Made by a program: the position numbers and the translations under genes. DNA of 64,000 bases. Source: Chloroflexota bacterium (GTDB taxonomy: Bacteria > Chloroflexota > Anaerolineae > Anaerolineales > Villigracilaceae). The DNA is taken from NCBI GenBank assembly GCA_019873655.1, contig JAIOAU010000001.1:83984-147983 (forward strand). The letters run 5' to 3'. This document shows positions 62,770-64,000 of the stretch, piece by piece. The first letter of the stretch is position 1. Every line of letters starts with the position of its first letter. A model generated the notes under the pieces. It was not told the origin of the DNA and did no database searches. It was given only the letters and a program-made list of their open reading frames with translations.

Positions 62770-62881
62770 TCTTCTCTCCCCCGTCCCTTTAGGGAAGGGG
62801 GGAGGGTCCAAAAAAACAGCCTATACAACAAAAAACTCACCCTGAAGATTAAATTCGGGATGAGTCATGTTTTTGTCTTGC

Positions 62882-64000
62882 CTACTCTTCTGCCAGGACG
62901 ATGATCTTATCGTTCTCGGTAAAGATCACTTCTTCCGATTTGTCCGGGTTGGTGTGGATGCCGTAGGATTTTTCCTTGTCGCCGGCTTCGGCGGCCAGGC
63001 GGTAGCCAAAGGCCAGGTGACCGCGCCGGGCCGCCGCCGCGACCACGGTGTAGAAGTTGACCGGCCGTCCCAGGGCGACGTAATCCGCCGCCGGCTTGAG
63101 GTAGATTTCCGAGCCTTCCGGGTCGAAGATGTCGGTAAACACCGGCATCAACTCGGCGTTCTCTGCCAGTTGCGCCATCATCAGGCTGGCAAGATGATCG
63201 CTGACGATGAAATCGTCGACCCGGGTGGCCTCGGCCAGTTCGCGGTTGCGCAGGTCGAGCATCTCGCTGACGATGGAGAAGGGCGTCTCGTCCGTTTCGG
63301 CGATGCTGCGCAGATGCAGCAGGGTGACGAGCGTTTTGGCGTCGGCTTGCTGCACGTCCAGGCCGGCGTAACTCAGAACGATGATGTGATCGTATTCGGA
63401 GGCCCCCAGTTCGTCGAGCAGGGCGCGGTCGGTGGTGTCGCCGCGGTGGAACGTCACGCGCTGATTTTTGAGATGTTTCAACTGGCGGCGCAGTTCCTCT
63501 CCGGCGGAGGCGACTTCGGGGGAGAGATTGGCGTCGGCCACCACCAGCGCCTGTGAACCTTTGGGGACGTAATTGTCCAGTTCGCGGAGGATGGTTGGGG
63601 CGCAGGCGTTCCAGCCGAGAATCAGGCATTTTTCGGGCCGGGCCTTTTGGGGCGGGGCGGCCGCGGCGATGGCCTCTTCATCGAGCGGAATCGTTTCCAG
63701 GTTGTGCAGGCGAATCGTGTTGTCGTCTTCCGAGATCGCAATCACTTGGTCGCCGGGCCCCAGGCGGGTCTGCATGGGCGGGTTGAGGGCCACGCGGCCG
63801 TCGGCGAAGCGCAGCCCGATGACGGCCGAATCCTCGAACTGCAGCAGCGCTTCGGCGAAGGTCTTGCCGACCAGCAGGGGTTCTTCCTTGAAGTAGATTT
63901 CATCGCCGCCGAAATTCATCAACTCCGTGTACACTACCGACAGCCCGCTCTGACGGGAGGTCTGCGCCATGACGCGGGCGACCAGTTCGCCCGTCAGCAC
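62882..64000 (-). CDS. CASTOR/POLLUX-related (RCK-domain) putative ion channel, C-terminal part; the 5' end lies outside the window
   Basis: The frame is open to the right edge. It has two RCK/TrkA-N-like halves (ILGWNACAPTILREL, HIIVLSY). The family call is from memory of that annotation class. Confidence 0.55.
   Translation of the reverse strand: MLTGELVARVMAQTSRQSGLSVVYTELMNFGGDEIYFKEEPLLVGKTFAEALLQFEDSAVIGLRFADGRVALNPPMQTRLGPGDQVIAISEDDNTIRLHNLETIPLDEEAIAAAAPPQKARPEKCLILGWNACAPTILRELDNYVPKGSQALVVADANLSPEVASAGEELRRQLKHLKNQRVTFHRGDTTDRALLDELGASEYDHIIVLSYAGLDVQQADAKTLVTLLHLRSIAETDETPFSIVSEMLDLRNRELAEATRVDDFIVSDHLASLMMAQLAENAELMPVFTDIFDPEGSEIYLKPAADYVALGRPVNFYTVVAAAARRGHLAFGYRLAAEAGDKEKSYGIHTNPDKSEEVIFTENDKIIVLAEE

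Noticed and set aside
62640-62845. Two mirror-image 66-aa ORFs on opposite strands
   Set aside because: They are generated by the palindromic G/C-run repeats. The products are low complexity (Gly/Pro-rich) and neither has a Shine-Dalgarno.

Overview
GC-rich (by eye about 60-65%), tightly packed bacterial chromosomal segment with many 1-4 nt start/stop overlaps. I found no rRNA, CRISPR array, transposase, integrase or prophage gene. Pro/Thr-rich linkers, a class E-type sortase, tandem M42 peptidases and sigma70-consensus promoters suggest a Chloroflexota-like (Anaerolineae/Caldilineae-type) organism; that placement is inference only. Left to right the window holds: a pyrimidine operon (pyrC, pyrB, pyrF, pyrE, pyrD) with a leader attenuator, an orphan antitoxin-like gene and an embedded permease; a PD40-propeller Ser/Thr kinase; tRNA-Arg; a cysteine-desulfurase-like gene divergent from an AmmeMemoRadiSam-type radical SAM gene; a peptide ABC importer (binding protein plus two permeases, no ATPases) convergent with three tandem M42 aminopeptidases; AMMECR1; ferritin; a long minus-strand envelope operon (amidase, three L,D-transpeptidases, a scramblase-like gene, an unknown gene, DUF1232); ferredoxin; an OSBS/NSAR-CapA-cyclase cluster; FabL; a DUF4129/MoxR/DUF58 operon; a transaminase; a heterodimeric ABC exporter; a receptor-like degenerate PP2C/propeller protein with an unknown partner; a multi-GAF GGDEF gene broken by one in-frame TAA; an MA-type metalloprotease coupled to a peptide-binding protein; a LysM protein; thrS behind a T-box leader; tRNA-Val; a sortase; an RNA methyltransferase; and a CASTOR/POLLUX-like channel fragment. 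The most interesting non-obvious signals are: the pyr leader, where a near-leaderless 23-codon ORF ends inside a terminator stem; a promoter-to-terminator candidate sRNA next to tRNA-Arg; the split AmmeMemoRadiSam genes; the envelope operon that joins peptidoglycan enzymes to a scramblase-like protein; the pseudophosphatase-propeller pair; the GGDEF in-frame stop; a 21-bp tandem repeat; and a palindrome-dense low-GC island between convergent genes. All functional calls rest on motifs read by eye. No database search was run.
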